A stretch of DNA of 64,000 bases from Marsupella aquatica (Eukaryota > Plantae > Marchantiophyta), in NCBI GenBank assembly GCA_973895155.1, contig OZ316899.1, positions 15,775,974-15,839,973 on the forward strand, read 5' to 3'. The notes below the pieces were generated by a model. The model saw only the letters and a list, made by a program, of their open reading frames with translations. It made no database searches and was not told the DNA's origin. A program made the translations under genes and the position numbers. This document shows, one piece after another, positions 25,879 to 37,569 of this stretch; the stretch's first letter is position 1; the number at the start of each line of letters is the position of its first letter.

Positions 25879-28800
25879 ATGGATGCAATCCCCTCCTCGC
25901 CGAGGGGGTATAGTGTGGTTGGGGATTGGGATCATGGGTATTGTGAGTCTTTTGAGTCTTCATTCTCTGGTTCAATGTATACACGTCGAGTAACGAGGTC
26001 CACCGCATCGCTTGTTCCAATCTCTGGTATTTTGTTTGCCAAGCCAGCGAGAAAGAAGATGGAGAATCTTGACACATTTGCGATTCAAGATGTTTTGTTT
26101 TCAGAGACCGATCTTATTTCAAAACACGTCATGTCTTTTGGGAAAGATTTCAGAGGTTTTGACAAAGAGCCTCCACGAATTCCGCTATGTTGGTTGGTGC
26201 ATATGGAGGTTGTCCAAACTCTGCAGAAAGATAGCTCTTCCATCGACAAGCTGAAAGACTCTTTCCATAGCATGGGATACAATTCTTCGATTGGAATGAG
26301 GTTTTATGTTCAGCCTACCAATGTTGAGGGAGTGCTTCTCACTTGTGATCAGGAAATCCGTGATAGTTGGGATCCAATATGGGCATTTGAGAATGAGAAA
26401 TTTGAGGAATGTGTTGCCGACCCAGATTTTCTGGTTTTGAAGGATAGAATGTTCTTCGTTTTTTATGGGAACCATAGGCTTTACTCATGGACACTTGTCA
26501 CGCAGGAGAATCCCAAAAACCCAAAGTACCACCCGCAAGTGCTTTGTACTATTTTCAATGGGGACAAGGGTTCGCTGATAGAAATCGAAGCGGCTATGCA
26601 CACCGTTAACCAGTAAGATTCTCTTTTGTGCATAACTTTGTGAGTCATTGTGAATTGTTAATTCTTTCTAGCATAACTTTCCGAGGCCATGTTTTACAAG
26701 CGCACAACGTTGCTTATATGTTCTTCTCATTTCATTCTTTTATTTCAGGCGTGGACAAGCGAACCCTCCTGGATCCTAGACGCCGATCAAATTAAGCAGA
26801 TCTTGATGCACGACCTAGAGTACTATAGTAAGTTCATCGACCCTGCAAATTACAAGAAGTTTAAGCAGATCAAGATGAAGACACGGAAAGGATCCTGGTA
26901 CACAAAGAAGATGCCTCAAGAGGCTCTTGTGTACATTCTATGTCAGGATAAGATTAAGTTGTATTTGAACAAGTTCAAGATTGACATGGAGTCCGCTGCG
27001 GCCCTCGGTACCCCTTGGTCGGTCAAGGAGGTTTCTAGAAGGCATACCATTATGATGAATGAAGCAACCAAGGAATGGGCAGTGAAAACCTCAAAAATCA
27101 CTTTTTTGTTGAGTCCAGAGTTTGAAAACTTTCTATCTACGTGCGCAAAAATGTATGCTGTCACGGAGAGGAATAAGCGGGAGAAGAAGCCAGATACCGT
27201 GTTGTGTACCATGGACCGGGCCAGGCTTTTTACAGCTATTTTGGCTCTTGATCCCAAGCTACAAAGTACTTTTCTTGTAGCACATTGCAATCTGGAGCTC
27301 CGGAGACAATTCTTCCATCCAAATAGCGTCAATGATGATCCAATAAAACAGTGGTGTCACACCTGGATTACATGGAATAATGTAGAAGGGATTGCGGTGG
27401 GGATGTTGCAATGTGCTCTGCAAGAGGTCCAACAAACCATTCCCGTGAATCGTTTACAAGATTGGGCATGTGAATCATTCGAATCTCTCATTGACATAGT
27501 CACGAATGATTTTAAGATATACGGTGACTCTGTCAAGGGTAAGTTTTTTAATACAATGTGGCCCTCAAAGTATCTTGACAAAGAGGATTACTCTTTGAAG
27601 AACCAGAAGCAAGCAAAAAGGTACCTCTACCATTTTTACATCCACATGGAAGCTACAAAACCTGATTACTTCTGGGCGTATCCCGCCGCCTTCCTCAAGT
27701 GGACTATAATACCGGATAGTGATTCTTTAGCTGAATTGTATTCTATGTATCCTGCCAAGGGAATTTTCCCAGCAAGACCTTTGAGTGAATGGGATTGAAC
27801 CCATTGTCCATGGTACCTTGATACAGATAGATGGGACTCGCCCTTTGATCACAAAGAAAAGGATGCTTTCCATAAGCTGTCTAAGTCCCAGATCCCAGTC
27901 AATGTTGTTTCTGACATGAAGCTGGGGCTTCCGGACGATGTGGATCAATCCACAACAGAATTGCAAACAATATAATGTGAGACAACAATTGTTCATGTTG
28001 ACCAAAGCTGGAAGCCTCGCGCCAAAGCAAAAGCAGATACTATGGCCCCAAGTGAATCAACAAGATCTGGGAAAAAACGTAAGTATAATTTGTATCTCTT
28101 TGGTTAGCGCTTGATGTTGCTATGGCAGTCAATATCTGTCACATTGTTAGCGCCCGGCGCTGCTATGGCAGTCAATTACATTGTTAGCGCCCAACGCTGC
28201 TATGAGTGTCAATATTTCAAAAACTGAATTGGTATTTTTAGTCAAAAAAGTGTATATTTATGGCCAAGTCTTAGAGATAGTTTGGCCAACGCTGGGCATT
28301 AGCATTGTCGTTGTCTCAATATTGACGGATATCACATCGACATCCATTTGAATAGGGAGAAAGTCAAACCACATGGGGAGCGAAGATACAAAGATAGATG
28401 CCACCCCAGAGGCTTCTGAAGCCAATACCGGAGCACCATCCGATCCAATTACTCCCGCCAAGAAAGGGAAGGCAATCGCTCCAGTGGATGCGACCAATAC
28501 AAGGAAGAAGAGGAAAAGGACCATTGAAGGTGGATCTTCCTCTCGAGAAAGTGCTGCTACTGTAGGTCTTCAATGTGAAGTCGAGACTTCAACAGTAGAC
28601 TTTCAAGGCATTGCCTTGTTGAATCTAGCATCTCAGAATTCTACGACTCAACGTTTAACAAAGGGGAGAAGCCTGACTGGGTGAAGGGTGTAGAGAAATG
28701 GGGAAAGGATCTCATGAAGCCTGGTTTTCAAGAGAAGGGCGTTGTGCGTGGGGGAAAGGAGAGATCATTTGGAGTCCAAGCGGGTTTTATCTACCTTCCG

Positions 28801-29714
28801 ACATGACTTAAACCATCTTTGCTAGACAAAAAAGTCCCCAAATTGAATGTCCCCAACCACACATTGGCCACCTCTTTCTTTTGTGGAATGGATCCATTTT
28901 TATCTGATGACGGAATGCTGGCCATTTTACATAACAGGGAGTACGATCCGATGTCTCAGGTTATATCGGCTTGTCAGGAATCAAAGAAGTTTCATTGCAT
29001 CTTGACACACAATGTTGTCATGTCAATTCCAATGTACGCGCCGAAGACTGACTGACAGGTAAATTTCTCATTGTGACATCTGGTTTGCAGTTCAAAGAAT
29101 GTTTATGAATGCATCCATTGACATACCATTCTTGGGTTATATTTCAGATCTTCACGCTCAGGCTGGTCGTCTTCTGTCAAGTGTCTGAAAAAGGGAAGGT
29201 GCCAAAAGACTCAAGGTTTAGACCTCTGTCTGTCACGGAAGATTCCTCCATAACAAATTTAATTGGACTTCCCTCTCTCAAAGTCGATCCAACACCTAAG
29301 ATGGAATTTGCTGGGAATGCCCGTTTGTCAGTTGGATTCATGCAATCTGTGATCGAGCTCATCACTCGGCCTAGGGATATTTTCATGGATTGGAAAGTGG
29401 GGTCGGGTAGCTCTTTTGTAGCTGGAGACTATTCTGGGAGGTTTGTAATTGGAGTGGAGAATAGGAAAGATTTTGTTGAAACTGGTTCCAAGGTGTTCTT
29501 AGATCTACTTTCTCCAAAGGAAGTCAAAACTTTGCCACCCCCAATTCAACCACCCAAAAAGAAAAGGAGAGACAGGCTCCGTTCTGTACTTAATTTTGAC
29601 TCTGACAATGAGTCAAGTGGTGCGACAGCAAACGAAGATGAGGATGGCACACCTGAGGGGAAGGGTCAGGAACAATCCACTGGCCAGAGTGACAATGATG
29701 ACTCTTTCGAGTAA
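25879..29714 (+). pseudogene. Intron-containing gene: ParB/Sulfiredoxin-like N-terminal domain, helical middle, C-terminal N4/N6 DNA-methyltransferase-like domain (copy 1)
   Basis: RIPLC.LV...IDKLKDSF...FFVFYGNHRL (ParB-like DGNHR, D>Y here). C-terminus VIELITRPRDIFMDWKVGSGSSFVAGDYSGRFVIGVE resembles the beta-class amino-MTase SAM-binding motif. GT-AG introns at ~26613-26748, ~28079-28353 and ~29059-29147. Stops and frameshifts present. Confidence 0.7.
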
Positions 29715-30358
29715 TGTTCTGAAACTCATAAGCTTCTTTCTCCTTTCCAGTTCCTTCATGCTTTTGTGCTATCCATTCATACAATCGGTTGACGAACTTC
29801 TGTTCTCACCCAGGTCCGAATGGAATACAAGAAGGCGCTTCAAACTCAGAAGAAAAGTAGCTCATTTTGAAATTGTGACTTTGGAGAAACCATTTGTTTT
29901 ACCCTCTTATGTTGAGAATGCTGCAAGAATGGAAGATAATCAAAGGACTCTTTTTGGGGAAAACAAAGGTCTCCGGCTACGAAGAGGAGTTGATAGAACA
30001 TTTATCCAAAATCCTTTAGTTATGTCGACGACATTTGTAGGAGCAAGTATGTAGATGACGAGGCAATCTCAACCGAGAGGTCACAGAGCTCCGAATCAAA
30101 ATTGTTCGATTCATGAAGCATTTTTGCGGCTAAGATTTTACCAGCGTCAGGCGTTGTTATCAAAATTATACATGTATTTATTATCCCAATTATGATTGGT
30201 TTACGTTACATTGATAATAAAATGTATTAAATTCCTCATTTCCCTTACTAGCGTCGGGCGCTCCCCAAACGTCTACTTTTCTAATTACAAATTTTGAATC
30301 TTCTGTCCGTTCCGTGGCCCCGCATATTTTGTCGTTACCGAAAACAATCATCTCTTTC

Positions 30359-30872
30359 TCACATGTTGCGGTTGGTCTTTCTCAACGGTCCTTTTTTCGT
30401 TGAACCTTGTTGTGTTACGTTTTTGCTGATCTCCAACCCTAAACTCTCCATTAGGTCACTCTTGCGAGTCATTTCAGGCACAACCTCTCTCAAAGTTGGG
30501 TCATTTTCAACAACACCGGTCTTGTCATTAGCCTTGATTTTGTTTAACAGTTCCCACCAGATGGAGAAGAAGGAACTCATGTCTTTGGAGGAAATGCTTG
30601 CCTTCTTTGCTCCTTCTAGAGTTTGATCGGAGGAGAGTCACTTTAGCTCCTTCAAGTCCGTTCATGGTAACACTTCCACCGAGACCTCGACTTTCCATAA
30701 TCATTTTGCGCTTCCTTATGATGAGGCGATTAGTCCTAGGGAGAGAAACATACCTTGGACTGACGACCGGGACACTCCGCGCATAGTTGCTGATCGGTTT
30801 TTGTTTCATGAAGTCATTCATGCTGATGGTATTCAGCCTATTGAGCGATGAGTGCAAGAGCGATTGGGACAT
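30359..30872 (-). pseudogene. Possible third small gene of the MULE, unknown function
   Basis: Two overlapping ORFs (30528..30872, 30359..30580), convergent with the ParB-like gene; no domain recognised. Confidence 0.25.
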
Positions 30873-32517
30873 GTTGACTTCCTCGATACAAATGTTCCAG
30901 ACCCCGGGAATCAGTATGCGGAGTTTCGGCGCCCCTCATCGTCTTATGTGCGGCTCAGGGGTCTAGGGTTCAAGCAAAACCACAGACGGGCCAGGGCGGG
31001 TATCGACAATGACTGCCAATTGCAGAGCTAAAGTTGTTCAGGACGGAGGTGGTTTGAGTGACACAAGCTTCAGTGGCCATAGGCTTGCATACGATTTGCT
31101 ATTCCTTAATCGCCATTTAAGCTAGCGTCGAGCGTTGCTTTTGTCCATCTTGGACAGTGGGATTTCTTCTATGGTTGATTCAGAGTTTGTGTATTTTTGG
31201 CTACATCTTGAGGCCCATTTTGGATCAGTGTCCCAGTTATGTGCAGCTCAGGTCAAGAAAAAGCACAGACGGGCCAGGGCGGGCTTCGGCGGGCTTTGAC
31301 GACGACTGGAAATCACAGGGATTCTGGTGCTCGGGCCAGAGGTGCTTTTAGTGACAGAAGGTCCAGTTTTAGTGTGTTGGTGACAATTTCCTTTTAGAGA
31401 GCTAGATTTAAGCTAGCGCCGAGCGTTGCTTATGTTCATGTTATGTCGTGGGTTGATTTCGGGATGATCTGCGGTTGGTGTAATCCCGATTATATGTTTT
31501 GACCCATTTTGGAAGTAAAGAATGCAGTTTTGGATCAGCTCTCTTGTTCTTTCATGGTCATTCGTTGATTCCAAGATTTGAGCTAGCGCCGAGCGCTGCT
31601 TATGTTCATTGTGTTCCGTGTTTAGGCGCAGACATTGAATTGTATGTTGCAACTATTGATTTCTAGGAGTCCGACATTTAAGGTAGCGACCATCGCTGCA
31701 AATATTCAACGTCTGTCGTGGCCTCTCTTGGTTGGAAATGCTTGAAATTGAGTTTTCAGTTCACTTCTCGATTGATGTCACATACAATCTCTATCTTTTC
31801 CCCTGAAATTCCCCTTCCCTTCCGGCATACTAGCGCAGGGTGCTGCTAATCTTCGCAAATTTTGGCAACGCCTTTGCTCTAATGGCCGTTAAGTTACTTG
31901 TTCTCTTCTCAATTGACGGTACGTAGAATCTCCATCTTTTTCATTATTTTAGGAATACCTAAAATTGGCCCTTCCCTGCTGGCATACTAGCGCTGGGCGC
32001 TGGTTATCTTCAGAAATTTTGGCAACGCCTTTTTTCTAATGGCCCTTACTTTTTTCACAATTGGATGGTGTTATTGAAAACGACTGAAAATGGGGTTTAT
32101 TGATGGTGTTTTTTAAAAACTTTTTGACCAAATAATGGAGCTCAATCACATGTTTTTTTTTCATTTCTCCTGGTAATAGTAATTGTTTGCTGTTACTGTT
32201 TCCTGGTTCCTGTCGTTTGTAAATACCCCCTAGGGAGACACCACTCCCCTCATATATGCTTCTGCACACCTGCCACCCCCGGACCAGCTTTGGTCCCTAA
32301 AAATTTGGCCCCCAACCCGGATCCTATCGCACATAATGGGCGCGCCACCAACTGGCAACGCCCATAACTTTCTCGTTAGACATCCGCAAGCTGAGTGCCT
32401 TGGCCCGTTGTGATCAGGCCGACCCAGTGCTCATGCCTAGGCCCTTAGGTCACATCACCGCCTGGGGCCCCCGATCGGCCCAACCCGGATCGGGCCATAA
32501 CTTGCGCCCCCAACGTC

Positions 32518-33263
32518 CGTTGGAAAGCTCTTGAGGAGGGCTACGCCCTCCTGAGCTCAGCTGGGTCAGGGGGTGCCGTAGGTTCTCATGGTTTGCGGGT
32601 GTTAGCTCGCCCGCTTGCCAAATCTTGCTGAACAGCAGCCAAGCCGCCTTGAGTCTCCCAGGGAGCTTGCGTTGGAGAGGTGAGGCCAAGTAGGTGTGGA
32701 GGCTGAGTTCAAAGGGTGCTCGGCCCCTAGACCACCAGTGGGGCGAACCGGGAGCGGTTGCTAGAGTCAGGGCCGTTCTGGTCCCGGCGTGTTGGGACAA
32801 GCTTTAGGACAAACTATGTTATTTGGGCCATGAGCATGTCCTGAGGTCAGGGCGGTCAGTTGGTGATGGATAGGTACGAGGGGGAACCCGGCCGCACCCA
32901 AGGAAGGAGTTGTCCTGGACGAAGAATGGGCGTGGGTTCTGGTTCCGGCTTATGGCATCGGGAGGACCTATCACTGACCTATTTATCAACGTCTATTGAG
33001 CTTGACTTAGGATGCTAGACTTGGCAAGTTCTAGTTCCTGAAGGGTTACTTACCGAGGTGCTTGGTTGCTTGTGCAGATAGGGAGGACCGTTGAGTAGCG
33101 GTTGTGTTAGAGAGCAAGTGCGACTTTGTATGGGAGGGCCGCTGGCGGTGCAATTGGCACTAGGTTGCTTGCTCAAGGTATTCTGTGGAGGCGTTTGGGC
33201 ACCAAGGGCACTTAGGCGTGAGTGTGGGATTGGTGAGGGCGCTAGGTGGTAAGGTCCACCACT
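32518..33263 (+). repeat. 3' half of another family-A LTR nested in the inverted LTR
   Basis: Matches ~42905-43664 and ends GGTCCACCACT. The left junction has CGTTG microhomology, implying a later deletion. Confidence 0.85.
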
Positions 33264-33511
33264 CCGGCCCATTTCCCCTTGACCCGACCAGCTATCCGCT
33301 AGTTCAAGTCCTTAGTGTGTGTCCCCAGCTTGGCTCCTTGCCTTGCTAGTGCCACGTCTCATTGCCCGCAAGTCTCCCCATGCTAAGCCCTCCTCGGATG
33401 GCCTATCCGAGCCTGGACCATAAGGGAGCTCGGCGTCGGAGTCAACAACGCCGGAGCTAAGTGTTAAGGTAGTCGAGTTCCGCAATTGGTGGCTAGGTCC
33501 ACCACTTAGTT

Positions 33512-34454
33512 GGATGGAGTATGTTCCAAGTGAACCAACTACGGACTCCTCCAACTTACGACGAGGCCTATGAGAAAAGTGTACAAAAGTTTGTGAGTTG
33601 ACTCTCCACAATGGAGATTCATCTCCAAGTGGGCTACCGCAGCCACTACCTACCTAAAGGACTATGCCTTGACTTGGTACAAGTCATGGAAGAAGTTGCA
33701 AGAGGACTCCTCCTTGCCGTTAACTTGGGAATACCTGGTTGAGGGTCTCTGTGCTCATGTCACCACTAAGTACCCGGAGCGACACGCTCATAAATGTGTA
33801 ACGGAGATGAGTTTCAGGGGTGATATCCAAAAGTTCATCACGTATTCCCAGAACCAGTTGGCGTGTATCCCGGCGGGACAAGAGACCCTACATATACAGC
33901 TTCACAACTTTATAGTGAAGCTTCGGCCATTGCTAAAGGAAATGTTATAGGAAAAGCGTCACGAGTTTAAAATGCTTTCTGACGCCTTCAACAAGGCCAC
34001 TACGTTGGTGAATAACTGGCCGTACTTGGCAAAGGTGGGTGGCAAGGGATCCAAGGGGGAAGCTGGGAAAGCAAAAGGTCCCGAGAATAAGCATAAGCAA
34101 CCTGAGGGGGCGGGGGCCGGTGGTTTGGATCCCCAGCCCCAGAATGGAGAAGCTAAACAAAACTGGAAGGCCGCAACTTCAAGAAAGGAACCTCATCAAC
34201 GCAAAAAGCAAAGAAGCAGGCGCTCATGGAGTAGAGACGAGCTGAAGGTTTGTGCTATGGTGTGACGCTATGGGCCATCAAAGTAAGGACTGCCCCTCGA
34301 AGGGAGGCAAGCTGCGTGGAGATGGAGGGCAGAAGGTCATTAAGGTAAGTATCGCACTAACCAAACCCTTAGAAGTTGACAAGGTCCCTGTAGGAGATGT
34401 TCCTGCCAGAGAGAAGGTGTTGTTGCAAGAGAAGATACCGAAAGTTAAGACAAG
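33512..34454 (+). pseudogene. gag: Family-A gag, capsid and zinc-knuckle part
   Basis: YLK..ALTWY...TWE capsid-like motif; frameshifted knuckle CY/CDAMGHQSKDCP near 34250-34295. Confidence 0.75.
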
Positions 34455-34812
34455 TGTGACGTCGCCGGTACGGCGGTTAATGAGTGATTCAGTCTAACTG
34501 CGCTCGGCACGCGCGTTAGGTGGGTCTTAGGCCGCTATTATTAGCATAACGACAGTATTTAGGTAATCATTAGGGGTAGGACATCATTAGGCAATAAGGG
34601 GGACTTCAGGTTCGGGCTGGCGGCGGGTCGCTATTCGCACACCCGGGTTACGAGCGTGGAGGGGCCCCTCCCTCGGGTCCGTATAACGAACTTAAGGAAG
34701 CGGCCACTGACGCACGCTGACTCAGACCGGCGGAGTGGCCGGTACACCACAAGCGTGAGCGGTTCAACCTATGGGCGTCGAGGAGACGTCGGGGATCGAC
34801 AAGCCCTCAAAG

Positions 34813-34819
34813 TATAAAA
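34813..34819 (+). promoter_or_regulatory. TATA box upstream of the family-C ORF
   Basis: GTATAAAAG ~108 bp before the ATG at 34921; the same motif at the same spacing is in copy 2 (57120-57126, minus). Confidence 0.6.
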
Positions 34820-34920
34820 GGGGAGCCAACCCTTTGTAGTGCACCAGTCCATCAGTTCGCGCGCCAGCTTCGACCCCAGCTCTCTCGTTCTCTCTAGGTC
34901 GCCACTACTATCTCCTCTGA

Positions 34921-37569
34921 ATGTCGCACACAATCCTCTCCAGCTCGGCCATTCGATTCTGGACGCAGTTCCTATCTACCGGAAGGCACTTGGCCGATTC
35001 ATTGAAACACGCCAACCCGCGCCGATACGAGATCGAACGCGAATACGAGAGAGCCATCCGCCTAGCAGGATGACACCACTACGTCCTTAACTTTGACTAC
35101 CCGTCTCAGAGCGAGCTTTACCGACCAGCTGAGGTATCTGGGTACTTCTTCAACGGAGACAAATATATCGGGTTCTGGGAAGCATTGCTTCGGCTTCCGG
35201 ACGAGGTCTTCAATATCCCGGGTACAATCGACCTGCAGCGACATCACTTCGACCACATCCCTGCCCAGGTTCGGGCTGTCATTAACGGCGAGTCCAGTAC
35301 CAACCGTTCGACAAGGGCGTCCACACTCGCTTCGGAGAACTTCTACCAGCACCTGCAGAGCTTCATGGGAACTCGGCCATCAACCAACATGACCAACTCA
35401 GCCGGACCTGTACCCGTACCCGTACCCGTGCCCATGCAACCCCAGCCTCAACTTCAGCTTCAGCCTCAGCCGCAGCCTAGCCAAACCCCACCACCTATCA
35501 CCCAGCCAGCATAGGTACGCTCCGTCATCAACGCTGTGGATCTTAGCGATGACGACGAGGCTACCCCACCCTTGACCAGGCGGCCCAGAGGAACAAGCGC
35601 GCGGGGGGCCGACACTATATCGTCCCCACCCCCTGCTCTGACCCCAGGAGCGGCCCCAGCAGACAACATAGTGACCGTGGCCGCCCCGGGCCCGTTACCA
35701 ACCGCAGTGGCACTCCCCAGGCCCGATCGGGAGGATGGGGAAGTATCACCTTCCCCGAGTCAGTCACGGGGAAAGAAGAGGAAGGAATCCGCCACTGCAT
35801 CCGGGTTACCGTTGGCCACGGTAGCCGTAGCCAAGGTGACGATGCATCGCATGGGGGAAAACGTTCATAGCAACATCCTCCATCCCAAGCATGCGGTGTA
35901 CCTGAAGACTCAGGGATTTGAGCACCTCACCTCTCTCCCCTGGAACACTTGCAGGTACTACGGGGAGGACATGACAGAATTCGTCAAGAATTATGACGAC
36001 GTACGTCAACAGACTCGGCTGCGGGGAAGGAATATGTCCCTCACAGAAGAATGGCTGAAGATGATCTTTGGGTTACCCGAAGGTGACCATCGAGTCGAAT
36101 CACGGGCTCCCGGGGGCAAGGGGGCCAAGTACCAATCTTCAAGTTTTCCCTCAGAGGGATCAGTAGACAACGGGTTCGTGATGAGGACCTGCCTCATGCC
36201 CGAGATAGCTGAGCGGCTGGAGTTCCAGAGGTACGCTCTCCACATGATGGAACCCCGGGGGGAGATCTCCGCCGCCCAGGTTATCCAGGTCGAGGACTAT
36301 CGACCTAGGAAATGGGCATCGTACTTTGCTAAGAAATTCCATGAAGAGATGGAGCGGCGAAGGAAGACGCTGTACATTGGCGGGAAGGCGTATTTCGCTA
36401 GCCATATCGAAATCATTCTTGAGTGGTACGCCCGGTTTGATCGACGAACCCTTCCCCGCATCAACGTTACAAAGCTGGTCCCAGCTAGGTGGGTTTTTCC
36501 GGCATTGGAGAGACGGCCCCAACCCGAGGCCCGAAGTCCAGTGGACACGCCAGCTTCACCCACCCCACCTCCACAAATAGCTGTAATCGTAACCGAGGAG
36601 GCGCCGGAGGGGTCGGTCGTCGCAACCGTTGATGCGACCCAACTAGTCGGGCTAAGTACAGAAGTTGGTACGGCAGAGGTCTTACCCGAACCCGGGTCTC
36701 CCAAGGACCCGCCGGTGGCAATTCCGGAGAACCGGACATCGCTGCAGGAGGACACTCCAGCCCCTTCCAACGTTATGTCCCCAGGGCTGGACGTCACTGC
36801 CCCGGCCCCTGCGCGTGTTGATGTCTGCCCGTGCCCAAATCCGGACAGGCACAACTTGGACCACCCGGAACTCTTCGTACAGGGTACGTTTCTGAACGGG
36901 CTTCTGGGAGATTTCTCTCATCAAATTGCCCGGGATACCGGGGAGTTCATGGCCCGGAAGGTAGCCTGTTTCTTCAATCAGGAGTTGGTTGCCGCCGTAA
37001 AGGCAGGTCGGGCCCAGTCGGAGGCCCTTCAGAGGATAGAGCGGTACCGGGTGGAGTCCGTGTACCTAAAGAACGAAGTGGCGGCTCAAGAGGCTGAGCT
37101 TCTGCAACTACGACCCAAGGTTGCAGCCGCCGATGAGTTGTTAGCAAAGGCGTACGCTCTTACCGCCCTAGCCGAACAGGCCAAAGCTGGGAACGAGGCC
37201 GAGATTACACGACTCCGGAACCAGATTGACAGTTTGAAGAAACAAGCTGTCACCTGGCAAAAAGACCTGGAGGAGGCCGAGGAGCGAGCCCAGCGGGACG
37301 CGACGGAGATAGCCACGCTGCAGGCCGAGATGGCGCGGCTCCAAACCGAGGCCGAGAAGCAGGACCAGCTGGCGAGTAAACTGACGAGCGACGCCCAGCA
37401 GCTGGAGGAGGCATGTCAGGAGGCAGCAGAGGAGACGGACACGGGGAGGCGAGAGAACGAATCTCTGCTGGACCAGGTCCAGCTCCTCAAAGCGGACAAT
37501 GACAGGCTTCGAAGGCAGCGGGATGGCCGTTCCCATTCGGGCGGCTCTGGCAAGCGTGCCAGGCATTAG
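34921..37569 (+). pseudogene. Family-C encoded protein, 882 codons with only two premature stops; homologous to the family-B protein
   Basis: ATG 34921, ORF 35185..35514 and ORF 35536..37569 are all in one frame. Stops are TGA at 35071 and TAG at 35512. The N-terminus MSHTILSSSAIRFW is conserved in copy 2 (MSVTITSSFAICFW). C-terminal coiled coil and basic tail. Confidence 0.8.

Larger units (their letters stand above)
21210..32229. mobile_element. ~11-kb Mutator-like (MULE) DNA transposon with an accessory gene
   Basis: Imperfect TIRs: left GGGGTAT..GACAAGAAAAAGGAAACAGT..TTACCAGG; right (reverse complement) GGGGTAT..GACAGGAACCAGGAAACAGT..TTACCAGG. Internal MULE/SWIM transposase remnant. No TSD is preserved. 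Confidence 0.7.
20496..33487 (-). mobile_element. Inverted family-A LTR inserted 14 bp from the end of the previous LTR; surviving pieces 20496-20577, ~32230-32521, 33264-33487
   Basis: Both termini are present (AGTGGTGGACC at 20496; GAGTTCCGCAATT ending at 33487). TSD GGTGG at 20491-20495 and 33488-33492. Confidence 0.82.
19035..33506 (+). mobile_element. Family-A solo LTR inserted in gag, split into 19035-20495 and 33488-33506
   Basis: AGTCGCGGAAC start, GGTCCACCACT end. TSD TAGTT at 19030-19034 and 33507-33511. Confidence 0.88.
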
